64,000 bases of DNA, taken from NCBI GenBank assembly GCA_021323955.1, contig JAJPKC010000561.1:8234-72233 (forward strand), read 5' to 3'. The notes under the pieces are model-generated. The model was not told the DNA's origin. It saw only the letters and a list, made by a program, of their open reading frames with translations, and did not search any database. This stretch comes from Oscillatoriales cyanobacterium Centralia_MAG_596 (GTDB lineage: Bacteria; Cyanobacteriota; Cyanobacteriia; Leptolyngbyales; Leptolyngbyaceae). The translations under genes were made by a program, and so were the position numbers. Of the stretch, positions 56,243-64,000 are shown piece by piece (positions within the stretch are counted from its first letter, which is position 1; every line of letters begins with the position of its first letter).

Positions 56243-56719
56243 CTACAAACCAAGCTTTTCAGCCGTGCGCTTAGCCCGGGTGATTGCAGGTTTCAATTCT
56301 TGTGCTCGTGCGCGTCGGGCATGGTGGATTCTCGCTTCAGCGATCGCGTCTTCCAGCAACCCTGGTCTATCTTGCGCCACGGCCCACAATCCTTGCAGAA
56401 GTGTTTCTGGTGTAACGCCTGCCTGGTCAGCCGCCTGCTGGATTTGGCGTTTATACCCCTCTTCAACGCGCAACTGAAAGTTAACGACCTTTGGCAAGGC
56501 TGCCAGTTCTCGCTCCAGTGCCGAGATGCCAAAGTCTACAGGTGCGGCAGTTAAGTTGTTTGACCGTTCTTTGACAGGCATTGATTTAGCAGGTGTTGAA
56601 TCAGCTTCTGTGGCTGGACTACCTGTATTTGATTGTAGCGAGGCGGACACCTCGTCAACTCGTTTTTCTACAGTTGGCCGAGTGCGGTTCATGAAGCGAT
56701 CGGCTGCGGTCGGTTTCAT
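56243..56719 (-). CDS. putative centromere-binding adaptor (ParG/ParB type Ib-like, RHH)
   Basis: Coupled to parA; VNFQLRVEEGYKRQIQQAADQAGVTPETLLQ fits RHH. Confidence 0.65.
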   Translation of the reverse strand: MKPTAADRFMNRTRPTVEKRVDEVSASLQSNTGSPATEADSTPAKSMPVKERSNNLTAAPVDFGISALERELAALPKVVNFQLRVEEGYKRQIQQAADQAGVTPETLLQGLWAVAQDRPGLLEDAIAEARIHHARRARAQELKPAITRAKRTAEKLGL

Positions 56720-57531
56720 ACAGGGACTACCTCACTATGAATGGCTGGTACGTACTTGCTCAGACGCTCTAACAGCACGTCGAAAGGCGCTTCCAGCTCC
56801 GCTTTATCGGCATCAAGCTCAGAAGGCAATTGTCCATAATTGAGAGCCTTTTGATAGATAACGGACTCAACTACTGAGGGCAGTATCGTTGCGCCAATGA
56901 AGCTCTCCATCTTGGCAAGCGTGCTCGAGGCCTCACCTGTAAGATGCAATCCAACCACTCGTGCCCGGAAAGGCAGAACGCCAATCAGTTCACCGTCAAA
57001 CGCGTCTCCGTCACGACATTCTTCCAGCAGCGCCCAGGTCTCGGTTAATGACCCCAGCCCTTTCGCAACGGCCTCGGCTGGAATGACGACCACATCTGCC
57101 GCACCGATCGCAGTCAGATTGATGTGATTCTTCTGCGGTGGCGAGTCAATCATAATCAGCCCAAAATCCTGCATGACAGGCTCCAGGCGTTTTTTCAATA
57201 CACGTGAGCAATTCGCTGACGAAGCCAGGTAATGCTGAGCATTGACCAAGGCTCGATCCGAAGGGACGAGAAAGAGATTTTCGCGATCGGGAACAGGGTA
57301 AATCGCGTCCTCAATCGAGCATTTGTTTGTGATGACTTCTAGCAGTGTGGGCTGATTTTCCACTTCAACGCCCAGAAGGTCGGTCAAATTCCGTTGAGGA
57401 TCGCCGTCGATTAGTAGGGTTGGTATACCGAGCTTAGACACTTTCAATCCAATCATATAGGCGGTCAGAGTCTTGCCCTGTCCTCCGCTCAACGACAGCG
57501 ACAGCGCGATCGTTGCTTGGTTGTTTGGCAT
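56716..57531 (-). CDS. parA: ParA/Soj partition ATPase
   Basis: Deviant Walker A SLSGGQGKT, LIDGDPQRNLT, IMIDSPP; start ATG 57531. Confidence 0.92.
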   Translation of the reverse strand: MPNNQATIALSLSLSGGQGKTLTAYMIGLKVSKLGIPTLLIDGDPQRNLTDLLGVEVENQPTLLEVITNKCSIEDAIYPVPDRENLFLVPSDRALVNAQHYLASSANCSRVLKKRLEPVMQDFGLIMIDSPPQKNHINLTAIGAADVVVIPAEAVAKGLGSLTETWALLEECRDGDAFDGELIGVLPFRARVVGLHLTGEASSTLAKMESFIGATILPSVVESVIYQKALNYGQLPSELDADKAELEAPFDVLLERLSKYVPAIHSEVVPV

Positions 57532-57592
57532 ATTGCATCCTTGCACTGATGAATGCATGTAAGTTTGCAGTGTTGTGATCTTATATTCAAAG

Positions 57593-57625
57593 TTGCTTGA
57601 ATGCAAGCATTCAAGCATTCAAGCA
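57593..57625. repeat. ATTCAAGC array upstream of parA
   Basis: GCTTGAAT gcaagc ATTCAAGC ATTCAAGC. Confidence 0.85.
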
Positions 57626-57662
57626 GCTAGGACTAGAAGTCGCCATGAATGAGGATAACAAG

Positions 57663-57693
57663 CCCAACTGGGGACAATTTGTCCCCAGTTGGG
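57663..57693. repeat. 31-bp palindrome (15-bp perfect arms, 1-nt centre)
   Basis: CCCAACTGGGGACAA-T-TTGTCCCCAGTTGGG. Confidence 0.9.
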
Positions 57694-57720
57694 AACGTCC
57701 ACTGTTAGAACTTTTGACGC

Positions 57721-57760
57721 ATTCAAGCATTCAAGCATTCAAGCATTCAAGTATTCAAGC
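57721..57760. repeat. 5 x ATTCAAG(C/T) tandem array
   Basis: ATTCAAGC x3, ATTCAAGT, ATTCAAGC. Confidence 0.9.
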
Positions 57761-58085
57761 ATTTTTGAAGAATGGGGTTATGTTGTGGATATGGCTGAGG
57801 GAATACCAGAGCAGCGTTACCCAACCTGCCATGCAAACCTTTGCGCTTTGTACAGCCGTTTTCACCTCCGAACCATTCCAGAAGTTACCTGATCGCAAGG
57901 TTGCTGATGTTGTTGAAGAAGATAGTGGTCTCGTGCGATTAACCTATCTACACCCTGCAATCAAAAGTCCACAAATTTATCAGTCGATGGACGAGTTGAA
58001 ACAGATTTACTGTGGTGACGGTAGTAAATTCAGATTGGTTTTTCAATCATAGTGGTCATACTTGACACTCATTGATCTCGCCCTC

Positions 58086-58403
58086 TCAAAGGGCGATTTT
58101 TGTAATGCACTGACGGCTCAGTTGATCAAGGTCAAGGTAGCCGTCCGTAATCAGGCCAGACTCTAGCAAGCAAAGGTAGAGGGCCAAAGCGACATCCGCT
58201 TCTAGCTTGGCAGCAAGCCGCTGAAAGTAGTCCGTCTCCTGAGGCGTCAAATCTGTCATGCTGCTATCGCGAAAGTGATGAATTTGTTGCAGGAGTCGAA
58301 TCAGCTTCGTAGCGGCATCTCTGCAATGCATGGTGGATTGGGCGATCGCTTGCAAATCAGAGTTACTGAAAACAAAGGGCTGTAGCTTGAGCTTGAGTCT
58401 CAT
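58086..58403 (-). CDS. hypothetical protein
   Basis: Coupled to upstream ORF. Confidence 0.55.
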   Translation of the reverse strand: MRLKLKLQPFVFSNSDLQAIAQSTMHCRDAATKLIRLLQQIHHFRDSSMTDLTPQETDYFQRLAAKLEADVALALYLCLLESGLITDGYLDLDQLSRQCITKIAL

Positions 58404-59140
58404 CAGAACCTTCTAGGGCGTTTAGGTTGCAAGACATGGGATGGTCCCAACGCCTGCTTTGTATAAAAATCCAGCCACTTCAACCAGTCAATTTTGTTGA
58501 TGAATTCAGTGACGTTACTGTGCTTGCCTGGAGACATCCTTCCTAAACGAGCCACAATCACCCGCGTAATTTTTCGTGCGGCGTGGTGGCGTGCATTCCA
58601 GTAACGGGAGTTCCCTTCCAAATCACAGATGATGGCACAACGACATTCAGTGCGGCGAACCATGCGATCGCGACCTGTCTGATCCGTCTGTTTGAACCGT
58701 CGTCGGCTAATCCACGTGACCATAAATATGTGTTCACCGGCAGCCATCTCATCTCCCATTGAACTCGCAGTCGGAGTTGCGTCCACCGACTCAACGGACA
58801 GGCTGTTTTGCCAATCAGTATAGGTAGGAGCGCTTGGATCTGTGGATCGATAACGTCCGAGGTCTTCGCGCAGCCAGGGGACGTAGATGAGGGTAACGAG
58901 CAAGTCTCGCCAGCAGTAACGGTGGATGATGCGCCAGCTTTCAACAACCCCGGGCGCGTCTGATTCCAGCCTAAGAATAGTCGCGTAGTCGGTAAATAGC
59001 TCCTCAAGGATTTTCGGTTCTGGCTCAGCACCGAGCCGTTCTCGAAACCAGTTGAGCAAGCGTTGGATGAATCGCTGAAAAGTGTTTCCGTTTCCATTAG
59101 AGGCTGTCACAGGAGTAAATTCGATAGGGTTGTTGGTCAA
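58403..59140 (-). CDS. hypothetical protein
   Basis: 245-aa ORF. Confidence 0.65.
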   Translation of the reverse strand: MTNNPIEFTPVTASNGNGNTFQRFIQRLLNWFRERLGAEPEPKILEELFTDYATILRLESDAPGVVESWRIIHRYCWRDLLVTLIYVPWLREDLGRYRSTDPSAPTYTDWQNSLSVESVDATPTASSMGDEMAAGEHIFMVTWISRRRFKQTDQTGRDRMVRRTECRCAIICDLEGNSRYWNARHHAARKITRVIVARLGRMSPGKHSNVTEFINKIDWLKWLDFYTKQALGPSHVLQPKRPRRF

Positions 59141-59149
59141 GACCCTCAG

Positions 59150-59494
59150 CTATTTCGGAAATAGCTGTTTATAGGCATTGATGCGATCTGTTGGAGCGAG
59201 CCGTACAACTGCAGCCGCCAGGGCAATGACGCCAAACCAGCCAGCTCCTTCCTGCCAGGTAAAATTCTCGCTGTTGGCCCGACGAGAAGCTGGCACCAAC
59301 AAAACCGTCAAAACAGCAAAATGGACCAGGATCTCAACCGGATCAATGGGTTGTCCAAAAATACGGATGCGATTTGCCTTTGCACGATTGGGGCAATCGA
59401 TTGGACAGTGTGGAGGGGAATCTTGTGGACTAGAGCCTGGTTCAGACATGGTGATTCCTATTGATAACTCTCCAGGATTCCCGCACGCAGGCAC
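59150..59494 (-). CDS. two-TM membrane protein (holin candidate)
   Basis: Two hydrophobic helices; true start probably MSEPG. Confidence 0.5.
   Translation of the reverse strand: MPACGNPGELSIGITMSEPGSSPQDSPPHCPIDCPNRAKANRIRIFGQPIDPVEILVHFAVLTVLLVPASRRANSENFTWQEGAGWFGVIALAAAVVRLAPTDRINAYKQLFPK
59472..59484 (-). promoter_or_regulatory. J-box-like promoter after the sigma terminator
   Basis: GCGGGAATCCTGG. Confidence 0.5.
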
Positions 59495-59496
59495 GC

Positions 59497-59520
59497 AAAA
59501 AAGCCCCTAATGAGGGGCTT
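59497..59520 (-). terminator. terminator of the sigma factor gene
   Basis: AAGCCCCT-N4-AGGGGCTT plus U run on the minus strand. Confidence 0.8.
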
Positions 59521-59557
59521 GAAAAGGGAGTAATGATAGCCTTACTAGACCTTAAAA

Positions 59558-60304
59558 CTAACTGATTAATGCGACCAGCGCCTTCTGCAAGGTCTGTTTT
59601 ACAGCCCCAGGCTCGATCTGCAACTGGAGAGCAATGGCCTTGCGGCTTTGCCGCTGGAAGTAGATGCCCTGAATCAGTGATCGCTCAACCGGAGATAACC
59701 GATCCACTCGTTGCCGCAATTGGCTCCATGCTGAATCTAAGCGTGCACTTGATTCTTGCTGGTCTGCATAAGTTGAAGGGTCTGCAATTTCTAACGGTTT
59801 GTGGTCTAACGAAATAGCCTGCTGGTTGCCGATCGCCTCACGCACCACGCGCAATTTCTTGACCTCGACTCCCATCAAATCGGCAACCATCTGATCGTCA
59901 GGGATACGGCCATGATGGCGCTCGGCCCAGGCCCGTTCGACTACGTTTGCATTGGCATGCAGTTCACGCCAGCGCCGGGGGATTTTAATGCCTGTCCCGT
60001 GGTCCCGTAGAAAATGAAGGATTTCGCCGCGAATGTAGGGGACGGCAAAGGAGCTAAAGGCCACGCCTTTGGTGGGGTCAAATCGCTCGATTGCTCGGAG
60101 CGCCCCACAAAAGCCAATCTGCTCTAAATCTTCGTAGCTCTCAGTACAGCGGTTCTTCATTCGATGCGCAATTTCCCGCACCAGATTCATGTGGTCAAGC
60201 GCCACCTCGTTCCGCAACTGCGCATCCTGCTGCTGGGAGACCGTTCTTTGTTTGTAGTATCTCCAGAGCTTCTCTGAAGGGTTACGGGTTGGCGCGGCTA
60301 TCAT
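59558..60304 (-). CDS. group 3 sigma factor, SigF/SigJ (SigB/F/G-like)
   Basis: Region 2 LVREIAHR..YEDLEQIG..RAIERFDPTKGVAFSSFAVPYIRGEILHFLRD; region 3 VKIPR; region 4 LSPVERSLIQGIYFQRQSRKAIA. Confidence 0.9.
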   Translation of the reverse strand: MIAAPTRNPSEKLWRYYKQRTVSQQQDAQLRNEVALDHMNLVREIAHRMKNRCTESYEDLEQIGFCGALRAIERFDPTKGVAFSSFAVPYIRGEILHFLRDHGTGIKIPRRWRELHANANVVERAWAERHHGRIPDDQMVADLMGVEVKKLRVVREAIGNQQAISLDHKPLEIADPSTYADQQESSARLDSAWSQLRQRVDRLSPVERSLIQGIYFQRQSRKAIALQLQIEPGAVKQTLQKALVALIS

Positions 60305-60900
60305 GGGTATGGAGAAACTCGATAAGCCTATTCAGCCAGATGTCAGGGTTTTTTAAGATTCGTATCTCTACGGATTTTTGAGATACTGGCTTAAAAGTTT
60401 ACAAAAAAGTTCGGTTTGACTACTGAAAGCCGTACGCCCTTCCTGAGGCTCATTCTTCCCGTGAGACAAGTCTGTCTCGTTTGAGGCACGTTTTTCCAAC
60501 TAATCAGTCTTTTTGATGCCCGTTTGAGGCCGTACTACAGCCCTGGCCTACTTTTGGACTTTTTGGCGGTGTAGTATCCGTAATCCAGGCAGTTTTTGAC
60601 CCAATTTAGCGGCTGAAACGCCCATTCTGTCGTTGCACTTCTGCTGCACAAGCAGGTAGCCAGTCCAAACCCGAATATCAGCAGAATTTATTGATTGAAA
60701 CGAGATTTTTGCACGTCAAATTGCGGAAACGCCCTGCTGTGAAGTGTTAGGCAGATTTCAGCAAGAGTCTAGCAAAAATCTAGCAAAGTAAGCGTACAAT
60801 CGCACTATTCTTTAGCGATTGACGTTATGGGCATTTACAGAACCAAACGACGGAATCAACCATTTGACTGCTTTAACTTCTGAGATTGGAGCGAGTTGTC

Positions 60901-61377
60901 ATGCCCAGGGGAATTGTCCAGAAGTGCCGATCATGCGCCAAGCTCTCTGCTGAAGACGCGATCGCCCTCCACGGCAGTGGGGGCACTGGCTGCTGGGTGC
61001 AATCTGTTTGCCCCAAGCGTCGTTACTACTACCGCAACCGTGACCTGCTCAATAAAAAGCGTCGTAAGGGAGCTGAAAAGGAACCAATTGAACTCTTGCC
61101 ACCCACAGCACCGGCTGCCATCCTTCACCTCTATCGAGAACGGGTTGACGCACCACTGCACGCTGTTGGAGCCGAACTCTGGATTGGGCAGAAACGCCAG
61201 CAGGAAATCGCCGCCATGCATTGCTTGGGTCTCACGACTGGGCAGATTGCTACTCACTTACAAGCAGTGTTGCAGCGATTGAGTGTGGAGTGCGATCGCC
61301 CGTTGGATAAGTTCGCTGCCCAAGTAGAGCTAGACCCTGGGCAATGCCCGATCGAACCGTGCCCTTGCACACGTTGA
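60901..61377 (+). CDS. Cys-rich hypothetical protein
   Basis: CRSC..C..SVC..RRYYY and terminal CPIEPCPC. Confidence 0.65.
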   Translation: MPRGIVQKCRSCAKLSAEDAIALHGSGGTGCWVQSVCPKRRYYYRNRDLLNKKRRKGAEKEPIELLPPTAPAAILHLYRERVDAPLHAVGAELWIGQKRQQEIAAMHCLGLTTGQIATHLQAVLQRLSVECDRPLDKFAAQVELDPGQCPIEPCPCTR

Positions 61378-61408
61378 AGAATGGTGTCTGATTCCTGCTA
61401 GTGAATCT

Positions 61409-61669
61409 CTAGCTTTGTGCGTCCTCGTTTTGAATAATCGTCTTGGCGCGTTGTGCCAGTGAAGCACATGAAAAACCGGAGCGTTTAAAGTATTGAAGCC
61501 CCCGCAGCTCTAAAACAGGCGTACGGCAATTTGGACAATGAAGATTGTCGTTGTCAATCATGTCATCAATCAACCACCAGTCATAACACCGAGGGCAATG
61601 ATAGTGAAATAGAATTTCAAGTATTTTTCTGTCAATCATTTTGAAATTGCTGTTTGGCAGCAGCAACAA
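61409..61669 (-). CDS. zinc-ribbon protein
   Basis: CPRC..CPNC. Confidence 0.5.
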   Translation of the reverse strand: MLLLPNSNFKMIDRKILEILFHYHCPRCYDWWLIDDMIDNDNLHCPNCRTPVLELRGLQYFKRSGFSCASLAQRAKTIIQNEDAQS

Positions 61670-61829
61670 TCACCTCGCGCAACCAAGCTGACGGGTTGGG
61701 CAACGCTCTCACCCAATCGTCAACGTCTTGCGGCACCTTGGTACACAACGGCTTCCTTGCCAACGCTGTATCGCCTAGCGGCTTAAACGGAGCCTTCTTC
61801 AAATTCTGTAAACTGCGATCGCTTGGCAT
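61632..61829 (-). CDS. small RHH-like regulator
   Basis: KPLCTKVPQDVDDWVRALPNPSAWLREVI. Confidence 0.6.
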   Translation of the reverse strand: MPSDRSLQNLKKAPFKPLGDTALARKPLCTKVPQDVDDWVRALPNPSAWLREVIVAAAKQQFQND

Positions 61830-62000
61830 CTCTTTATATGAACTCTATTCCTAGAATAGATTCTCACCGGTATACCAGGCATTAGCTTTACAGAAGCTCC
61901 ATAAATAAATAATCAGATTTTACATTAATTTCACCTATTATCACTGGTATACCAGCGATAATAGGCATATGAGGGAAACGAATTCACCCCTCATCAGGAG

Positions 62001-62216
62001 GTGAGACACATAACAGACACGGATAATCCAAACGGCAACGGACAGGGCAACGGTAAAGGTGAAGAGCCAACTGAGCCAACCACAACCTACGAACACCTCC
62101 ATGACCGAACATGGGCAAAAGTGGACGAAGAAACTGGGGAAGCTGAGATCTCTTACGAAATCCAAAAGGATGAAGACCTTAACCTTCCACCCGATACCGA
62201 AGCCGACGAGAACTAG
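62001..62216 (+). CDS. acidic hypothetical protein
   Basis: AGGAGG upstream; terminator hairpin at 62232-62258. Confidence 0.6.
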   Translation: MRHITDTDNPNGNGQGNGKGEEPTEPTTTYEHLHDRTWAKVDEETGEAEISYEIQKDEDLNLPPDTEADEN

Positions 62217-62284
62217 CCTCTAGCTAGTATCAGCCCCCATCTGACACATGGGGGCTTTCATCCTAAGCATATCAAGGTTTTCTG

Positions 62285-62602
62285 ATGGCTAAAACAACAA
62301 TTTTGCATCCGCTCTATTTTCGTGTGATCAGACGTGAAGGGGTTCAATGGTTCGTCAAAGGGTCACCGCTTGAGCGTACGGATAATGCTCCTGTGGGGCT
62401 TGACGATGTAGAAAGCTACGGTATTACTGCAACGCAACTGGTAACAGCTCTGTTTAGAATCAATGGGGGCAAGCCTGGCTACTACTTAGCCAACCTCAAA
62501 ACCAAGCAATACTATTACTGTGGCGATTCCTTGGAGGGTGTTCGCACACAGCTTTTAAGCTTGGGTATTGGTCGCTCTGACCCGATGGAGGGCAAATGTT
62601 AG
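62285..62602 (+). CDS. cyanobacterial plasmid-type hypothetical protein
   Basis: LFRINGGKPGYYLANLKTKQYYYCG..LGIGR. Confidence 0.65.
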   Translation: MAKTTILHPLYFRVIRREGVQWFVKGSPLERTDNAPVGLDDVESYGITATQLVTALFRINGGKPGYYLANLKTKQYYYCGDSLEGVRTQLLSLGIGRSDPMEGKC

Positions 62603-63222
62603 ACGAACTCTGGCGATCGCTCCGTACCGCCACAGCCAAACCCGAAGCTGCCGAATTGGCTTCCCTTTGGCAAGCGCTAGAGTCTGCCCTAGCACCGTTA
62701 TCGAAAGAGGCTCAACTGCGAGTTGCCGCCGAAGCGATCGCGCAGATTGCCGAGGTGTATACCGCGCGTGCTGATGCCATCCTTAAAACGTTGGATGGAG
62801 AACCCGCACCCACAGAACCGATTTTAGGTGCTGACTTTCTGGCTGGACTGGTCAAGCAAAGCACAGCATTAAACCTTGATGCTCTGGTCGAAGCGGCACC
62901 AGCAGAGCGGCGATCGCGGGTGAGTAATCCAATCGATTCTGTCGCCGGAGTAATAGACAAACAAAGATTACTGGATGCACTGGATGCTATGCAGCCGTTA
63001 TCTGTGGCTCATACCGAGAATGTGGGTGATTGGTCGAGGGCGATCGCCACTTATCTGCAACAGCACCCGTCTGTTTCGCTGGTCGAAGCGCAGCACAACC
63101 TCAAAATGCCGTTAGTCGAACTCTGGATTGGTGCATTGCTCTCTGGTCAGGTCAAACTAGAGCAGCGTGGCAACTTTTATCAGGCTGATAGTATTTGGTT
63201 GGTGAATCGATGCCAGATCTAA
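62596..63222 (+). CDS. hypothetical protein
   Basis: Coupled ORF; C-terminal wHTH-like segment. Confidence 0.65.
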   Translation: MLDELWRSLRTATAKPEAAELASLWQALESALAPLSKEAQLRVAAEAIAQIAEVYTARADAILKTLDGEPAPTEPILGADFLAGLVKQSTALNLDALVEAAPAERRSRVSNPIDSVAGVIDKQRLLDALDAMQPLSVAHTENVGDWSRAIATYLQQHPSVSLVEAQHNLKMPLVELWIGALLSGQVKLEQRGNFYQADSIWLVNRCQI

Positions 63223-63254
63223 GCACGTATACCGGCATCGATGCACAATCAGAA

Positions 63255-63572
63255 TCAGGAGGAATGATCATTCTCTGCCGTCACTTGCTCGGCTTCAGAG
63301 ATCGCCTCTGCTAATGCCTCTGGTCCATCAAAAGCTTCTGCTAACTCTTCAACCGTACACTGATAAAGACGAGTCAGTTTAACGACTCTAGAGAAGGTTA
63401 GAGAGGGGTATTTCTCCAGCCGCTCCCAGTCTGAAACTGTGGCACGGCGGACATTGAAGATTGATGCTACACGTGATTGAGTGAGGCGCTTGCCATTAGA
63501 CAAACGACGGCGCGAACGAAGCTTAGCAGGTGTAATCTGCTCAGAAGCTTTCATGGGACTAAAATCGTTCAT
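63255..63572 (-). CDS. XRE-family helix-turn-helix regulator
   Basis: LTQSRVASIFNVRRATVSDWE..LTRLYQCTVEEL. Confidence 0.85.
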   Translation of the reverse strand: MNDFSPMKASEQITPAKLRSRRRLSNGKRLTQSRVASIFNVRRATVSDWERLEKYPSLTFSRVVKLTRLYQCTVEELAEAFDGPEALAEAISEAEQVTAENDHSS

Positions 63573-63573
63573 G

Positions 63574-63978
63574 CTAATTTCGTCGATGCGGTTGCCAGCC
63601 TTCTCTCAAGGCTTTGGTGAGACAGTTTGTTGCATGATACTGGTCTTTGAGTGCCTGGTCTTTTTCTCGCAAACGATCGGCATATTCCAGTACGGCTTCA
63701 ATCGCGGCTTCAATGTTCTGAGGATAGCCATTCAGCGTATCTTGCAGCGCTTCACTTTCCAGCAGTACGCCGATCGATTGCAACTCCTCTACATATTTAG
63801 CAAATACTTCAAAGGTTTCTTCATCCAGGTCTACAGCAGGCATCAATTCTAAGCGCAATCGCTCTGCCTCACTCTGTGGTTGAGGACGAGAGAGCTTTCG
63901 AGCTGTACGACTAATCTCTGCAATGCTCCATCTCATGGCCAGATTGCATTTAGCACTTCTTTGAGTATGCCAATTCAT
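63574..63978 (-). CDS. hypothetical helical protein
   Basis: C-terminal TNCLTKALREGW resembles replication-protein tails; likely start ATG 63843. Confidence 0.5.
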   Translation of the reverse strand: MNWHTQRSAKCNLAMRWSIAEISRTARKLSRPQPQSEAERLRLELMPAVDLDEETFEVFAKYVEELQSIGVLLESEALQDTLNGYPQNIEAAIEAVLEYADRLREKDQALKDQYHATNCLTKALREGWQPHRRN

Positions 63979-64000
63979 AAGGCAACTGTGAAGGCTACAG

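Larger units (their letters stand above)
1..64000. mobile_element. Cyanobacterial temperate siphophage / phage-plasmid (both ends probably outside the window)
   Basis: Portal, scaffold, capsid, tail tube, chaperone and tape-measure genes plus recombinase, CyRepA1-like replicase and ParA; no host core genes seen; many HIP1 sites. Confidence 0.9.

Noticed and set aside
57663-57693. Protelomerase telRL site of a linear phage-plasmid
   Set aside because: Odd 1-nt centre, short length, and no protelomerase recognised; the recombinase looks XerC/D-like
56171-57760. CRISPR array
   Set aside because: Repeats are contiguous 8-mers with no unique spacers and no cas genes
57597-58052. 151-aa ORF as given
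   Set aside because: The N-terminus is translated repeat DNA (SSIQAFKH); only a shorter C-terminal ORF from about 57779 might be real
55876-60304. Host chromosomal flank (HU, parA, sigF as host genes)
   Set aside because: Interleaved with the tape measure and phage-type promoters; parA has an RHH partner and repeat arrays typical of plasmids; no att junction seen
1-64000. tRNA, rRNA, riboswitch, IS transposase, anti-phage defence operon
   Set aside because: No recognisable signatures by eye; tRNAscan, Infernal and DefenseFinder runs would be needed to exclude them formally

Overview
The whole window reads as one cyanobacterial temperate siphophage or phage-plasmid. No host housekeeping genes, att junctions, tRNA/rRNA or CRISPR were recognised. 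Frequent HIP1 (GCGATCGC) sites point to a HIP1-bearing cyanobacterial host. Left arm (+ strand, 0.3-20.6 kb): XerC/D-like tyrosine recombinase, RHH/HTH regulators with a divergent switch, a CyRepA1-type (DUF3854) primase-helicase, and an early operon (ASCH, DEDD exonuclease, HNH). Middle (- strand, 20.8-43.0 kb): virion module in unusual order (portal, head-tail, tail tube, frameshifted chaperone, tail tip, then scaffold and capsid, then fibres), with a type IV pilin gene inside the head genes. Right: an opposite-strand envelope cassette, a displaced 3156-aa multidomain tape-measure protein, HU, a type Ib-like ParA/RHH partition locus flanked by ATTCAAGC arrays, a SigF/SigJ-like sigma factor, and plasmid-type small genes. 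Best candidate for a new system: the phage group-3 sigma factor plus a recurring J-box-like motif (RGGAAYnC, often extended to GnGGGAACnmCAGGGCA) upstream of most virion sub-modules and the phage pilin. This suggests a late programme built on the regulatory logic of the host motility/type IV pilus regulon. Terminase and endolysin were not identified in the window. All family assignments come from motif recognition by eye, not database searches.
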